The notes: generated by a model not told the origin, from the letters alone. Numbered from the stretch's first letter, positions 50,660-64,000 are shown. The stretch: DNA of 64,000 bases from Hemiscyllium ocellatum (GCF_020745735.1 NC_083422.1:33914001-33978000), one strand, 5' to 3'. Made by a program: numbers and translations.

Positions 50660-53600
50660 GCATTCTGAAATTGCCTTGTATGGTTGCAAACACTCTTAAT
50701 ATGTATGGCCGATAAAGCTAGATTACACCATCATTTTTTGACAGGCTCCGGGTGAATGGTTTGATGGAAAGGGTAATTATTCTCTTTCGCCAGGAGTTCC
50801 AGATGTGGCCAGGACACCACACCTTGCCAGCTTGGGTTGAGGTTGCTACCTGGGTCAGTGCAGTTTGAACTGTTTTGAGGAACCCCCAGTAATGCTGGGA
50901 TGAAGGAGCTCAATGACCTTCTCTGCTCTGCCTATATGAGTGCCACCATTTTTCCTCTGCTACCTCACACTCATTCTATCGCTGCAATTGCACCCAACAA
51001 CACTCCTGCCAAACCACTCTCACTGTCCCGTGCAGCATCTTCCCTTGCTCTCACCTACCTCAAGCCCCCAGACTCCCAGCTCTGTCCTCTGTACTGCCTA
51101 CTCATTCACTTGTCACCTCACTAGTTTTCCCCCACTGTACCTGATTATAAAATCATAAGGGACATAGATAAGGTGAAAAGCCAAGATCTTTTCCTAGGGT
51201 GGGGGGAGTCCAAAATGAGACAGCGTAGGCTTTGGTGTGAGGGGAAAGATTTAAAAAGGACCTGAGGGATAACTTTCTCATGCAGAGGGTGGTGGGTGTA
51301 TGGAAAGGGCCACCTGAGGAAGTGGTGCAGATAGGTACAATGACAACATCTGAGAGGCATTTAAATGGGTATATGAATAGGAAGGATTCAAAGGGAGAGA
51401 GGCCAAATACTGGGAAATGGGTCTAGTTTAGATTGGGATCTCTGGTTGACAGAGACGAGTTGGACCAAAGGGTTTGTTTCCATGCTGAATGACGCTATGA
51501 CAATCTGACTCTTGTTCCAATGGAAAGCAGACCACTATAACATCAGAAGAGTCAGAACAGGTGGTGGGCTGCCTAAGATCTATCTCCTCATCATTTACGG
51601 GAAGAGAATCCTGGCACTGGCTGGAGAAGACTGGGACTACACTTGAGAAGATGCCAAAACATTCACAACTAGCCATAGGAGCCACACTCCTTGCATTGCA
51701 AATCTTCCTCACCATCAATATAGTTTTCACCCAGCATAACTCATACCCCTTGTCATCATACACAGAGTAAGCAAATAATTAAATGTTTGTTGCAACTGCT
51801 GGAGATCTAGTGGGGTGCTTTCTCTCTTTCATATCTTACAGGTACCAGCATCATGTCCATAGTCTCAGTGACAAGAGAGTGTCACTACCAAATATCTTTG
51901 AGGAAGAAGCCATGAATCCCTCAGGAAATGCACCATCAAGGTCACCTCTTGCACTGTCCACCAGATCAGAGACCGATATCTCAGTGGGTATTTTAGCTGG
52001 AGTACAGTTGGGAGCACATCACTGCCATTTCTCTGCAGCTGTTCAAGGAAGAAATACCCCAGGTCACTGATACTTGGAGGACTGCCAGAGACCAGGAATC
52101 TGCTCAGCTCCACACAGGAAGGGAACCCCATGGTGTTGGCCATTTGTGACTTCATAAAAATACACATGAAAACACTGGAGCAGCTCGCAGGTTTATGGGA
52201 TCAATGACTGTCAGATTACAATGGCTGCAGGAATGCAGCAACACCAAGGGGGTCCTGCTGCTGCTGCTGGCATAACTATTCCAGCTACCTCTATGGACAG
52301 GTAGGCAGCTACCAAAGAAAGCCAAATCCACCAGTCCGTGAATTTGCTGGATATCTGAATGGACTGGGATTCCATTGACTTAGTCATGGTCCTTAGCACC
52401 AACAACAAAGCAAAAGGAGGAAACAGGCAACTTTCCTGGTATTCCTTCCTCACACAGGACAGGGCAGTGCCAGTAGACACCCAGCTGGAAGAGGAACCAC
52501 ATACAGCAACACCCCTGCCCGAAGTCTTCTCTGAGGACAGTTCCGAGGTGGTTGAGCCTTCTATCCACACCCTGCCTGTGAGAGTCCAAGCTGAGGAGGC
52601 TGTGATTGTCTCTGGTAAAGACACAGTCAGCATGGCTAGGCCCACTAGATGGAAATGTCCCCATGATTGGCTAATGAAAGCACCAAGGTCAACGGATTGC
52701 ACTGAGATGTACTGGCGATGAGAAGAAGACGAAGCCCTTCTGAGGCGTGCAAGACATTTGATTTTAAATACATTTCTCATGTTTGCAGATATTTGTTCAC
52801 TTCTGATGATCTTCTATTTGTGTGAGTGCCTGTGCAGCCAAAGATAAAGCTTGAAGCCATTGATCCTTAACCCCAGAAAGTGCTTTATGGACAAAGGTGT
52901 AAAGTCAGCAGCTGCTGCCCTGTGAATAGGCAACTGGTGAATCAGAGGTGCCCACGACCTTGGCAACTTGATTCCATCTTTTCAAGTACATAGAATTGCT
53001 ACTGCATCACAGACATTAGTGGGGTTCAATTGTTAGCCAGCATGAAATGGTCAAGAAAACTGGCCTCAGGGAGTTGGACTGCACTCAGTAGGCTGGTGCC
53101 CAAGAATAACAAGGAACACTGAGCTCATGAGTGTTGCACTTTGTAGGGCCATACATCACTATAGGTAGAAGGTCCCTCTCTCCAAGGTAACAACAGTTAT
53201 CCTGCCTATTCGGGTTGCGATTGCAGCCATTTTACCTTCCATTGTGCACTTGTGATTTACAGAACACTGGAAGTTAATAGAAACCATTCCTTTTGGGACT
53301 GAGAATTGCAGGCTCCACATTGCTGTGTGGGTTAACACACAGGTGTCAACAACCTCTTCCTGGTAGCCCTCTCCATCAACCCATAACTCTTGAAACTCCT
53401 CAAGCCCTCACCCTCCCCTCCATCTGAATCTACATCGATCCACTTTTCGACCCAGCATCAGACATACAAGCAAGTTAAGTCTTATAGTTTAGTGTCCTTC
53501 ATTGGAAACCAAGACACTGCTCACAATCGATGCTCACTGCTCACAAGGACCACCTGACCATTACCATCCCGCTGGATGGGTGACCATGCCGAAGGCCTGG

Positions 53601-54110
53601 AATAATCTCAGAGGCTGCCCTTTACTCAATGTGCCAAAGACCCCCTGACTGGTGGATGTCTCCTTGGACATCGGTGAGGACACCTCCCCTCAATCTTTGA
53701 AACATAGCTGTTGAAGCACATGTTGGCACATATACTGCTGCCACATGGTATAGGCATGACACCGATGTAGCAATGTACCATACAGCAACATGTTCATCCT
53801 CTTGACAACCACGGCAAGCCTCCTGGCTTTGTGTCTGCACTAAATAACAAGGAAATACAGCAGTGCTATGATCCTGTAAGCTCTGACTTAGAGACAAAGC
53901 CCCCAAGAAGCCAATGCAAGACAGGGATGCTTGTGAGCATCTAGGTGGACACCAAGTGGGTGAGCACTAAAAATGAAAGAGAGTACCTGTGTTGCAGTCT
54001 TAGGTCCAGTACATGAGCTGGTGCTTCTCCCCACGTGCAAAAGCTCCTTAATGAAGTATTTCAATGACAATTGCTGGCATGCTCCAAAGTGCAGCAATGC
54101 AGTGTAGCAG
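50660..54110. mobile_element. Decayed PIF/Harbinger element: Myb/SANT gene (plus) and possible convergent transposase (minus)
   Basis: PAWVEVATWVSAV*...LNDLLCSA (~50827-50933) and RTGGGLP....RILALAGED (~51553-51631); weak WLLG and SGG traces on the minus strand at 53620-54070. Confidence 0.6.
51145..51500 (+). mobile_element. CR1/HER1 3' fragment inserted in the Harbinger remnant
   Basis: TATAAAATCATAAGGGACATAGATAAGG...GACGAGTTGGACCAAAGGGTTTGTTTCC. Confidence 0.85.
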
Positions 54111-54339
54111 CATTGTGTAAGAGTGCTGGAGCGATTAAAATTGGGATTTTCAAAATTTATGAATGCTTATTGAATAAATAGGAGAAAGGTTTCCAGTGGT
54201 GAAAATGTGAGTAATTAGAGGTTATAAATTGAAAGTAATTGGCAAAAATGTTGAATCTGATTCAAGGGCATACTTTTGCAACCAACAACATATGATAATC
54301 TACAATTCAGTGTTTGAGAGGTTAGTGAAAGCAGTTTGG

Positions 54340-54820
54340 ATGATTGATTGATTGATTGATTGTCACATGTACCAAAGTACAATGAAGAGTTTTGTTTACG
54401 AGCAATACAGACAGATCATAATAAGTAAGACTGTACAGAACAAAAAACTTAGACAGTGGCATACAGGCAACATTGCACAGGGTGTACAAGAGAGAGATCA
54501 CGCTAGCAAGACCAGCATAATTTGAGGCTAGGGAATCAACTCAATAGTCAAATAATTGCCAGGAAGGAACTGTCCCTGAACCTATTGACGTGTGCAGGTT
54601 TCTGTATCTTCTACCTGATGGAAGAGTTTGTACAAGATTTCACTGGTGTGTGAAAGGTCTTTGCTGATGTTGGCTTTTGTGACAGCAAGCCATGTAAATG
54701 GAATCCATGGATGGAAGGTTGGCTGCCAAGATGGCCTGGGCTGTGCACACCACGTTCTGTGGTTTCTTACAATACTTGGCAGAGCAGTTGCCATACTAGG
54801 CCATTATGTTGAACAGTAAC
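54340..54820 (-). mobile_element. Rex1/Babar-clade LINE 3' end with (TGAT)n tail, inside an old CR1 3' end (54130-54925)
   Basis: Minus strand LPSGRRYRNL...RFRDS motif; (TGAT)5 at 54340-54360. Confidence 0.7.
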
Positions 54821-56014
54821 TCAGTAGTAATAATCAATAATAAATACTTGAAATGGGAAAAAGTTCAAGGCTGGCATAGACATGATAGGTTGGGGTGCCT
54901 CCTTTTGTAGTGTTTGATTCTATGGAATAGTCAGGTATGCAGTTGAGAATGCTTAAACTTGACATTGTGATTATGTGCCTTCCAAAGCAGAAATAAACAC
55001 ATCACTTATTAAGAATTAAACCTGCTATCTTCTGAGTAAAACATATTGCAAGTACCTTCTGTACAAGCAGTATGCTGTATTTGATATGCAGTAAGTCAGA
55101 TTACTTCACGCTTGCCAGTTCAAAGTAGCATTAGAGGTGCCCAAAGATGTAGGAAAATGGTAAAAAGATGAATTAACATACTGGATAACGCATTGAGAAT
55201 GGTTGTTGAGTTTAATTCTTATATGTCATTGGTTCATAATTCAGAAGCATTAAGTCTTTCAAAGCAAGTAAAAAGATCTCAATCACATTTCTGTAAGACT
55301 AAAATTCTTACTTTCTTCTTGGTGATATTAGTGGAGAATAAAACTGTTATGAAAGGTGAACACAAACTCTCATTAAATAGTCCATTAATTAAATAATATG
55401 GGTTCAAGAGACATTTAGCTGTAGTTCTGGAGAGAGAAAGATTTGTGAGGTGTGGTTAATCTGTGAAAAGGGGATAAGCTTGTTTGAGCTTGATGGTTCT
55501 TTCCAGGTCCTGAAAATTCTTATGGCTTTAAATAATGGTTTAATTTATGTTCAGTAACCTGCAGCTATAAAGAAACCATCTTGAACATGTAGGAAGTAAA
55601 GTATGAATGAATAAATTGAAGAGGGATTTTTTAACTTTGGGCGATGGTGCAAAATGGACAAATTGGCCATCTATCATACACCTTGCTGTACTTTCTCTTC
55701 TGTTAATGTAAATGTAAGGAAGAGTGGGTGTAGTGTTTAATGCACAGCTAGTTTGATAATGCTCTTTTTCTGCTATTCTCAAAAGTTTAAACTATCCCTG
55801 TAAGGTTTAAACAGAAACTATGGCATGCTATCAACATGAAGGTAGGCTGGAAGCTGGTGACTGAAGTTGGCAAAGTCAGAACAACAGTTTCCCTCAGGTC
55901 TTTGGATTTACTAGTGGGGTATGATTTGCAATTTCCGTCTTTTTTAGAACCAGAGCTGACCAGATTGAAAATTATGTGGTTGCCTGCCTGCTACATTCCC
56001 TCAGCTGGGGAGCA

Positions 56015-56095
56015 GGGAGGAGGGAGAATAGATAGAAAGAGAGGGAGAGATAGAAAGAAAGAAAGGAATAGATAGAAAGAGAGAGACACAGAGAC
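56015..56095. repeat. Purine-rich (AGAT/AGAA/AG) simple repeat
   Basis: Read directly from the sequence. Confidence 0.85.
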
Positions 56096-56879
56096 AGGCT
56101 TGGGCCTCTGTATGAGCAGTGTTTTGGAGATAATGGGCTCCTGGAGCCATTGGAGACATCAAAATATGGGGACTAGAATCAAATCAGGTCAGCGAAGGGA
56201 GTTTAGAATTTGGAAGCTGGATGGGAAATTGGAGGGGTTGGGGTGAGGAGGAAATATTAGCTAAAGGATTCCAAAAGATCTATGGGCTGAAATTTCTCAA
56301 AATGATTTCATTCTATAAGATTCAATATTTTTTGACTGTATGACAGATAGTTGCAGATTGATTTTTTTTCTGCATCCTAAGTATTTGTAATAAATTAGAC
56401 TCCCAGATTCATGTTTCCTTATTTTTATCCAATTTTTCATATTTGAATGAATACAGCTGGTAAAATCTTTTCAGTTCTCAAATAAAACTTTGAACTTAGC
56501 ATTCAAATTGCTAAAGTAATAAAGATATCAATGAAATAAAACAAAGAACTGTGGATGCTGAAGATCTGAAACAAAAAACAGGATGCACTGGAGAAACTAA
56601 ATAGATCTAGGAGCATCTTTTGAGAGAAAGGCAGATTCGCTCTGAGTCTCATGATCATCAGTTTGAGCTAAAATTAAGCTTACACTCAAGAGTAATGAAA
56701 CAGTTTGCCCATTTCCACGTGGGAGGCATGAAAATATCCTCGCCTCCAATTTGATTTACACCATTATGAGAATCCTGATGTGTTGGAGATAGTAGCTAAC
56801 CTATAATTTCAAGTCTGGAAATCCTAACTTATGCAGATGCAGAATAAGTGAAGAAGTTGCTTTTTAAAGGCATTTAACA

Positions 56880-57240
56880 ACCCCATCTACTCAGCAGTGT
56901 GAAGAATTTCCCAGATATGTCCTGTCCACAAAATAAAAACAGGTCAATTGCAATCTGGACAATTTCTATCCATCCATCTACCCTCATTATCAGCAAAATG
57001 ATGGAAGGTGTTGTAGACAAGGTTATCAAACAGCACTTACACAGTAATGACTTACTCACTGAGGCTCAGTTTGATTTCTGCCATTCTCACTCAGATCCAA
57101 ACCTCATTATAGCCTTAGTCTAAATAAAGGCAAATAATTGCACTCAACAGGAGAGAGGGGGGGTAGCAGCCCTTGATATCAGGAAACGTTTGACCCAGCA
57201 TGGCTTTAAGAACTCCGAGCAAGAATTAAGCCACTGGAAA
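56880..57240 (+). mobile_element. CR1-group RT fragment (second family)
   Basis: IISKMMEGVVDKVIKQHL.SNDLLTEAQF.F...HS.PNLIIALV...ALDI...FD. Confidence 0.8.
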
Positions 57241-57620
57241 TTTGTGATCAAAATTTTTACAGATTGAAATCATACCTGACACAAAGAAAGATGCTTGTAG
57301 TTTGTAGAGATGAAGGCAAGATTTTTGATTCTTGGTCTTCTCTCTTAGCACATAATCTCTTGCTTCCCTTTCCTGTTTTACTGCAGCTGTGTTGATATTT
57401 TGCAATTTTCCATATATTGACTTCACATTCATGTGTTTGATTAGAGCTCTATATTCACTTCCATTGATCTCCCCTTCCTCAAATAATTCTGCTGTATTTG
57501 TCGATAATTTGTTTTTAACAAGCTGCAAAAGTCAAACTGTCTTGCTTGAATCTGCTATTTTCTTCAAACTTTGGACAAGAAATCTCTTCAGAGCAGTATT
57601 AAACACATAGATTAATATCG

Positions 57621-57972
57621 TAGAATCATAGAATCTCTACAGTGTGGAAACAGACCATTTGGCCCAACAATTCCACACCGGCCTTCCGAAGAGTAACCAA
57701 ACCAAACCCATTCCCCCTATCTTATTACTCTACCTTTACCCCTGACTAATGCACCTAACCCTCACATCCCTGAACATTATGGGCAATTTACCATGACCAA
57801 TTCACCTAACCTGCACATCTTTGGATTGTGGGAGAAAACCGGACCACCTGGAGGAAACCCACGCAAACACGGGGAGAATGTGCAGACTCCACACAGACAG
57901 TTACCCAAGGCTAGAATCGAACCCAGGTCCCTCGTGCTGTGAGGAAGCAGTGCTAACCAGTGAGCCACCATC
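57621..57972 (-). mobile_element. HE1 V-SINE, full length
   Basis: Reverse complement of the 50307 copy type, with tRNA head at the right end. Confidence 0.92.
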
Positions 57973-57989
57973 TTGTTAATAACGGTTTT

Positions 57990-59540
57990 ATAAGATCATA
58001 AGATTTCAAGACAGAATTAGGCCATTTGGCCCACCAAGTCTGCTCCATTATTGAACCATGGCTGATATAACTCCAGATTCCCTTCCTAATCAAGAATCTA
58101 TCTCTGTCTTAAATACTTGTCTCGATGATATGCTCACTGCAGCAATGAGTTCCGCAGATCCATCATCATCTAGCTGAAGAAATTCCTTCTCATCTCAGTT
58201 CTAAAGTATCGTCCCTTCATGCTACACACTCGGGTCCTAGTCTCTCCTCCTATTGGAAACATCTTCACCACACCCACTCCATCAAGGCCTCTTATTATGT
58301 AAGTTTAATGAGATCCCCCTTCATCATTCTAAATTCTATCAAGTACAGACTCAGAGTCCTTAACTGCTCCTCAAATGACAAGCCCTTCATCCCTGGGATC
58401 ATTTTTGTATATCTCCTCTGGAATCTTTCCAACACCAGGACATCCTTCCTTAGATACAGAACCCAAAACTGCTCACAATATTCCAAATGTGGTCTGACAA
58501 GAGCTTTACACAGCTTCACCAGTGCATCCTTGCTCTTGTATCCTAGCCCTCTTGAAATCGATGTGAACATTACATTTGCCTTCCTAACTGCCAACTCACC
58601 CTGCATGTTAACCTTAAAATAATCCTACTCTCAAGTCCATTTGTGCTTCAGATTTCTGAGGCCTTTCCCCATTTATAGTCTATGCCTCTATTCGTCCAAC
58701 CAAAGTGCATAGCTTCACACTTTCCTGCATTGTATTGCATCTCCCATTTATGTGCCCAATCTGAGTCTGTCCAAATCCCTCTACATCCTTCCCACTTTCA
58801 CAAATTGTCCCTCAATCTATACTTGAGTCATTTTCAAACCTAGCAACACTGTTCTTAGTTCTTTGGTCTAGATCATGAATGTATAATGAGATTAGTTGTA
58901 GCCCCAATTAGCCACCACTGCCATCCTGAAAAAGACTTCTTTCTTTCCATATTCTGCCTTCTGCCAGTCAACCAATCTTCTAATGTTGCCCATAACACCA
59001 TGAGCTCTTATCTTATTTAGCAGCTTCCTGTGCTGCACCTTGGCAAGTGCTTCTGGAAATCTAAATAGATCATGTCCACTGCTCTCCTTTGTCTAACTTG
59101 CTTGTTATGCCCTTAATGAATTCTAACAGGTTTATCAGGCATGACCTCCCCTTGACAAAGCTGCGCTGACTCAGCCCAATTTTACCAGGCACTTCCAAGT
59201 ACTCCGCAATCTCATCTTTAATAATGGACTCTAAAACCTTATCAATGACTAAGGTCCGACTAACCAGATTATAATTTCCCATCTTCTGCCTCCCTCCTTC
59301 TTTAAACTGGGATGTAACATTAGCCATTTTCCAGTGTACTGGGACCCTCCCCAACTCCAGTGACTCCTTAAAGATCACCACCAATGACCTTAAAATCTCC
59401 TCAACTATCTCCTTCAGAACCCTTTGGTGTAGTCCATCTGGTCTGGGTGATTTATCCACCTTCAGACCTTCCACATTCCCCAGCACCTTCTCCTTAGTGA
59501 TGGCCATTATACTCAACCTTTGCCACCTGACTCTTTTGAA
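57990..59540 (-). mobile_element. CR1 LINE RT-to-3' fragment
   Basis: ORFs 59070-59612 (VDKSPRPDGLH.RVLKE, KGRSCLINLLEF) and 58295-58606 (LVRPHLEYCEQFW). Confidence 0.9.
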
Positions 59541-59599
59541 GTTCTGGTCTGCTACTGGTGTCTTCCAACCAATCTGCTCAGGCAACTTTTCATTAAAAG

Positions 59600-62500
59600 A
59601 AGCAGAAAACAATATTGGTGGGATAGTAGATAGTGAAGAAAGATCTTGATCAAATGGGCCAATGGGCTGAAGAATGGCAGATGAAGTTTAATTGTGAGAT
59701 ACTGCATTTTGGTAAACCAAACCAGGGCAGGATTTGCACAGTTAATGGTAGGGCCCTGGGGAGTGTTGTCAAACAGAGAGACCTAAAGATGTAGCACATG
59801 GCTTGTTGAGATGGTGTCACAGGTAGACAGGGGGGTGAAGAAAGCATTTGATATGCTAGCTGTCATCAGTCAGAGCATTGTCAACAGAAGTTGAGATGTT
59901 ATATAATGGCTGTACGAGACACTGGTAAGGCTACATTTGGAATACTGAGTACAATTCTGGTCACCCTGTTACAGGAGTGATGCTAATAAAATGTAAAGGG
60001 TCAAAAAAGGATTTACAAGGATGCTATCAAGACTGGGGGGATCTGAGTTATAGAACATAGAACATAGAACAATACAGCACAGAACAGGCCCTTCGGCCCA
60101 CGATGTTGGTCCGAACATATATCCGAGATTAAGCACCTATCCATGTATCTATCCAATTTCCACTTAAATGTCACCAATGATTCTGACTCTGCCACTCCCA
60201 CAGGCAGCGCATTCCATGCCCCCACCACTCTCTGGTAAAGAACCTACCCCTGACATCCCCCCATACCTTCCACCCTTCACCTTAAATTTATGTCCCCTTG
60301 TAACACTCTGTTGTACCCGGGGGAAAATGTCTCCGACTGTCTACTCTATCTATTTCCTTGATCATCTTATAAACTTCTATCAAGTCACCCCTCATCCTTC
60401 GCCGTTCCAATGAGAAAAGGCCTAGCACTCTCAACCTATCCTCGTACGACCTATTCTCCATTCCAGGCAACATCCTGGTAAATCTCCTCTGCACCCTCTC
60501 CAAAGATTCCACATCTTTCCTAAAGTGAGGCGACCAGAACTGCACACAGTACTCCAAATGCGGCCTTACCAAGGTCCTGTACAGCTGCAATATCACCTCA
60601 CGACTCTTGAATTCAATCCCTCTGCTAATGAACGCTAATACGCCATAGGCCTTCTTACAAGCTCTATCCACCTGAGTGGCAACTTTCGAAGAGCTATGAA
60701 CATAGACCCCAAGATCCCTCTGCTCCTCCACCTTACTAAGAACCCTACCGTTAACCCTGTATTCCGCATTCTTATTTGTCCTTCCAAAATGGACAACCTC
60801 ACACTTGACAGGGTTGAATTCCATCTGCCACTCCTTAGCCCAGCTCTGCATCATATCTAAGTCCCTTTGCAGCTGACAACAGTCCTCCTCACTATCCACA
60901 ACTCTAACAATCTTTGTATTGTCTGCAAATTTACCGACTCACCCTTCGACTCCCTCTTCCAAATCATTAATAAAAATTACAAACAGCAGAGGACCCAGAA
61001 CTGATCTCTGCGGAACTCCACTTGTAACTGAGCTCCAGGCTGAATATTTACCATCTATCACCACTCTCTGACTTCGACCGGTTAGCCAGTTCTCTATCCA
61101 ACTGCCCAAATTTCCTACTACCCCATGTCTCCTGACTTTCCGCATAAACCTACCATGGGGAACCTTATCAAATGCCTTACTAAAATCCATGTACACTACA
61201 TCTACTGCTCTACCCTCATCCACATGCTTGGTCACCTCCTCAAAGAATTCAATAAGCCTCGTAAGGCAAGACCTACCCCTCACAAATCCATGCTGGCTGT
61301 CCCTAATCAAGCAGTGTCTTTCCAGATACTCATAAGTCCTATCCCTCAGTACCCTTTCCATTACTTTGCCTACCACCAAAGTAAGACTAACTGGCCTGTA
61401 ATTCCCGGGGTTATCCCTATTCCCTTTTTTGAACAGGGGCACAACATTCGCCACTCTCCAGTCCCCTGGTACCACCCCCGTTGACAGTGAAGATGAAAAG
61501 ATCATTGCCAATGGCTCTGCAATTTCCTCTCTTGCTTCTCACATAAATCCAAGGATATTTCCTGTCAGGTCTGGGGGACTTGTCTATCCTCAAGTTTTTC
61601 AAAATGCTCAACACATCTTCCTTCCTAACAAGTATCTCCTCTAGCTTACCAGTCAGTTTCACACTCTCCTCTTCAACAATACGGTCACTCTCATTTGTAA
61701 ATTCTGAAGAAAAGTGCTCATTCAAGACCTCTCCTATCTCTTCTGACTCAATACACAGTCTCCCACTACTGTCCTTGATCAGACCTACCCTCGTTATCGT
61801 CATTCTCATGTTTCTCACATACGCATAAAAGGCCTTGGGGTTATCCTTGATCCTACCTGTCAAAGATTTTTCATGCCCTCTCTTAGCTCTCCTAATCCCT
61901 TTCTTCAGCTCCCTCCTGGCTATCCTGTATCCCTCCAACGCTCTGTCTGAACCTTGTTTCCTCAACCTTATGAAAGCCTCCTTCTTCCTCTTTACTAGAC
62001 ATTCCACCTCCCTCGTCAACCAAGGTTCCCTCACACGACCATCTCTTTCCTGCCTGACAGGTACATACATATCAAGTACACGTCGCATCTGTTCCTTGAA
62101 AAAGTTCCACATTTCAATGACATCCTTCCCTGACAGCCTATGCTCCCAACTTATGCTCCTCAGATCCTGTCTTGCAGCATTGTGTTTACCATTCCCCCAG
62201 TTGTAAAACCTACCCTGTTGCACGCACCTATCTCTCTCCATAACCAAGGTGAAAGTCACAGAATTGTGGTCACCATCACTAAAATGCACACCCACTAACA
62301 AGCCCATCACTTGTCCCGGTTCGTTACTGAGTACCAAATCAAGATGGCCTCCCCTCTGGTCAGACAATCTACATACTGAGTTAGAAAAGCTTCCTGGACA
62401 CACTGCACAAACACCGCCCAGGCCAATCTACTTGATCTAGAGAGCTTCCAATCAATATTTGGGAATTTGAAATCGCCCATGACTACTACTCTGTGGCTTC

Positions 62501-63470
62501 AGCACCTTTCCAAATTTCTGTTTCCCAATCTGTTTCTCCACATCTCTGCTGCTATTGGGGGGGCCTATAGTAAACACCCGACAAGGTGACTGCACCTTTC
62601 CTATTTCTGACTTCAGCCCATGCTATCTCCAAAGGCAGATCCCCCTTGAACTGTCTTTCTGCAGCCATTTTCCCATTTCTAAATAGCAACGCCACACCCC
62701 CTCCCTTTTTACCACCCTCCCTTACTGAAACATCTGTAACCAGGAACCTCCAACAACCATTCCTGTCCCTCTTCTATCCACATTTCCGTGATGGCCACAA
62801 CATTGTAGTCCCAAGTACCAATCCACACCTTAAGTTCACCTACCTTAATTCTGATACTCCTTGCGTTGAAATATATCCACTTGAACCCATCTCTGTGTCC
62901 GCAAGTATTCCCTGTCAGTGCTACCTTCTCCATTGCCTCCATATTGGATTTGGTATTCGGTAACGAACCGGGACAAGTGATGGGCTTGTTAATGGGTGAG
63001 CATTTTGGTGATGGTGACCACAATTCTGTGAGTTATATGGAGAAGCTGGATAGGCTGGGACATTTTTAAGTTCGAGTGTGGGAGGTGACCTTACAGAGGT
63101 TTATAAATTCATGAGGGGGTGGGGTGGGGGGTGGGAAAGGGGGCATTGATAAAATGAACAGCCAAAACTTTACCCCAGGGTAGGGGAGTCCAGAACTCCA
63201 GGGCATAGTTGAAGGTGAGAAGGGAAAGATTTAAAGGGGATCTGAGGGGCAACATTTTCACACAGAAGTTGGTGTGCTTATGGAACTAGCTGCCAAAGGA
63301 AGTGGTAGAAACAATTACAATTACAAAATTAAAAAAATATTTGGACAGGTACATGGATAGGCAAAATATAGAGGGATATGGGCCAAATGCAGGCTAATGG
63401 GATTGGTTCAGTTAAGGAAATTGGGTTGGCATTGACAAGTGGGCTGAAGCGTTTGTTTCTGTGCTGTGTG
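59600..63470 (+). mobile_element. Older CR1 (plus strand) split into 59600-60052 and 63029-63470 by a younger CR1
   Basis: Joining the halves at the TSD restores GDLSY|MEKLDRLG followed by the CR1 3' end. Confidence 0.85.
60053..63028 (-). mobile_element. Younger CR1/HER1 LINE with near-complete ORF2 (APE endonuclease plus RT, several disruptions), 5' inverted segment and 9-bp TSD
   Basis: YFNARSI...VVAITE.W (APE), LDLVLSNEPGQV...[42 protein letters not shown]; tail (CATAGAA)n; TGAGTTATA at 60044-60052 and 63029-63037. Confidence 0.95.
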
Positions 63471-64000
63471 ATGTTTTTTGTTTCTGACCCTTAATGACAA
63501 AACTTAACAGACAATTAAGCTTAATATCATATAGATTAAGAATAGCTTTGGGCCACTTGATCCCCCAGCCTACTCTTACAGTCAATAAGATCACAGTTGA
63601 TCTGATTATGCCATATTCCAGCCTATCCCGAGTGACCTACCAGTTCCCTTATTTATCACAATTCATGCTTAACAGAATTATAACTAGGTATTCCTTGTTA
63701 GCTTATACACTTGTGATATCCCATTGAATTGACTAGTAAGAAGTAGAGCAAAGTATGGTTTCAGTTTGGGTTGAAGAGTAGAACAAAAAGCAAGTATAGC
63801 TGTGAGGTAGAGCAGAAGTAGCCTAAATCAGAGTCCAATGAGCCTTAACTTAATCAACAAAACATATTTATTTTTAGCATTGATTGATGTTGCTGGCGAT
63901 CTCTTATTGTTATGTATACACATTGAAACCAATACAATAACATCACATGGATGAAAGGGCAACTGATAACAATGAAGGACAGTCTGAAAGGCTGTGATGT

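Noticed and set aside
52211-52780. 189-aa minus-strand and 120-aa plus-strand ORFs
   Set aside because: They lie in the decayed Harbinger accessory-gene region, with no intact domain or exon structure
28900-64000. Exons of the expected upstream neighbour (ACADSB in other vertebrates)
   Set aside because: No acyl-CoA dehydrogenase-like peptide recognised; the gene presumably lies beyond the window

Overview
Eukaryotic genomic DNA from a cartilaginous fish. The elasmobranch assignment, probably a shark, is inferred from HE1/V-SINEs, HER1/CR1 LINEs and a DeuSINE. The core is the tandem NK5/H6 homeobox pair on the minus strand. HMX3 has CDS 19335-19041 + 18946-18342 (299 aa, 94-nt intron). HMX2 has CDS 8570-8306 + 7258-6717 (268 aa). 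Downstream lies a CpG-rich cell-cycle-type promoter with a probable non-coding first exon (~3.6-3.85 kb), which by vertebrate synteny is probably BUB3. Both genes sit in a ~25 kb AT-rich block that retains CpG and is almost transposon-free (~3.0-28.9 kb), with several enhancer-like motif clusters. The flanks are dense with nested transposons: CR1, L1, L2, Rex1/Babar, Gypsy, PIF/Harbinger, SINEs and Penelope-type elements carrying decayed minimal hammerhead ribozymes. I found no convincing wholly new system. The best leads are: (i) tandem splice donors in HMX2 that could give an NMD-resistant isoform keeping eh1 but lacking the homeodomain; (ii) a start-overlapping uORF and extra splice signals in the HMX2 leader; (iii) a CR1 insertion with a 9-bp TSD and a twin-priming-like 5' inversion; (iv) the hammerhead-bearing short repeat family; (v) candidate conserved enhancers. 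Repeat boundaries were set by eye and are approximate.
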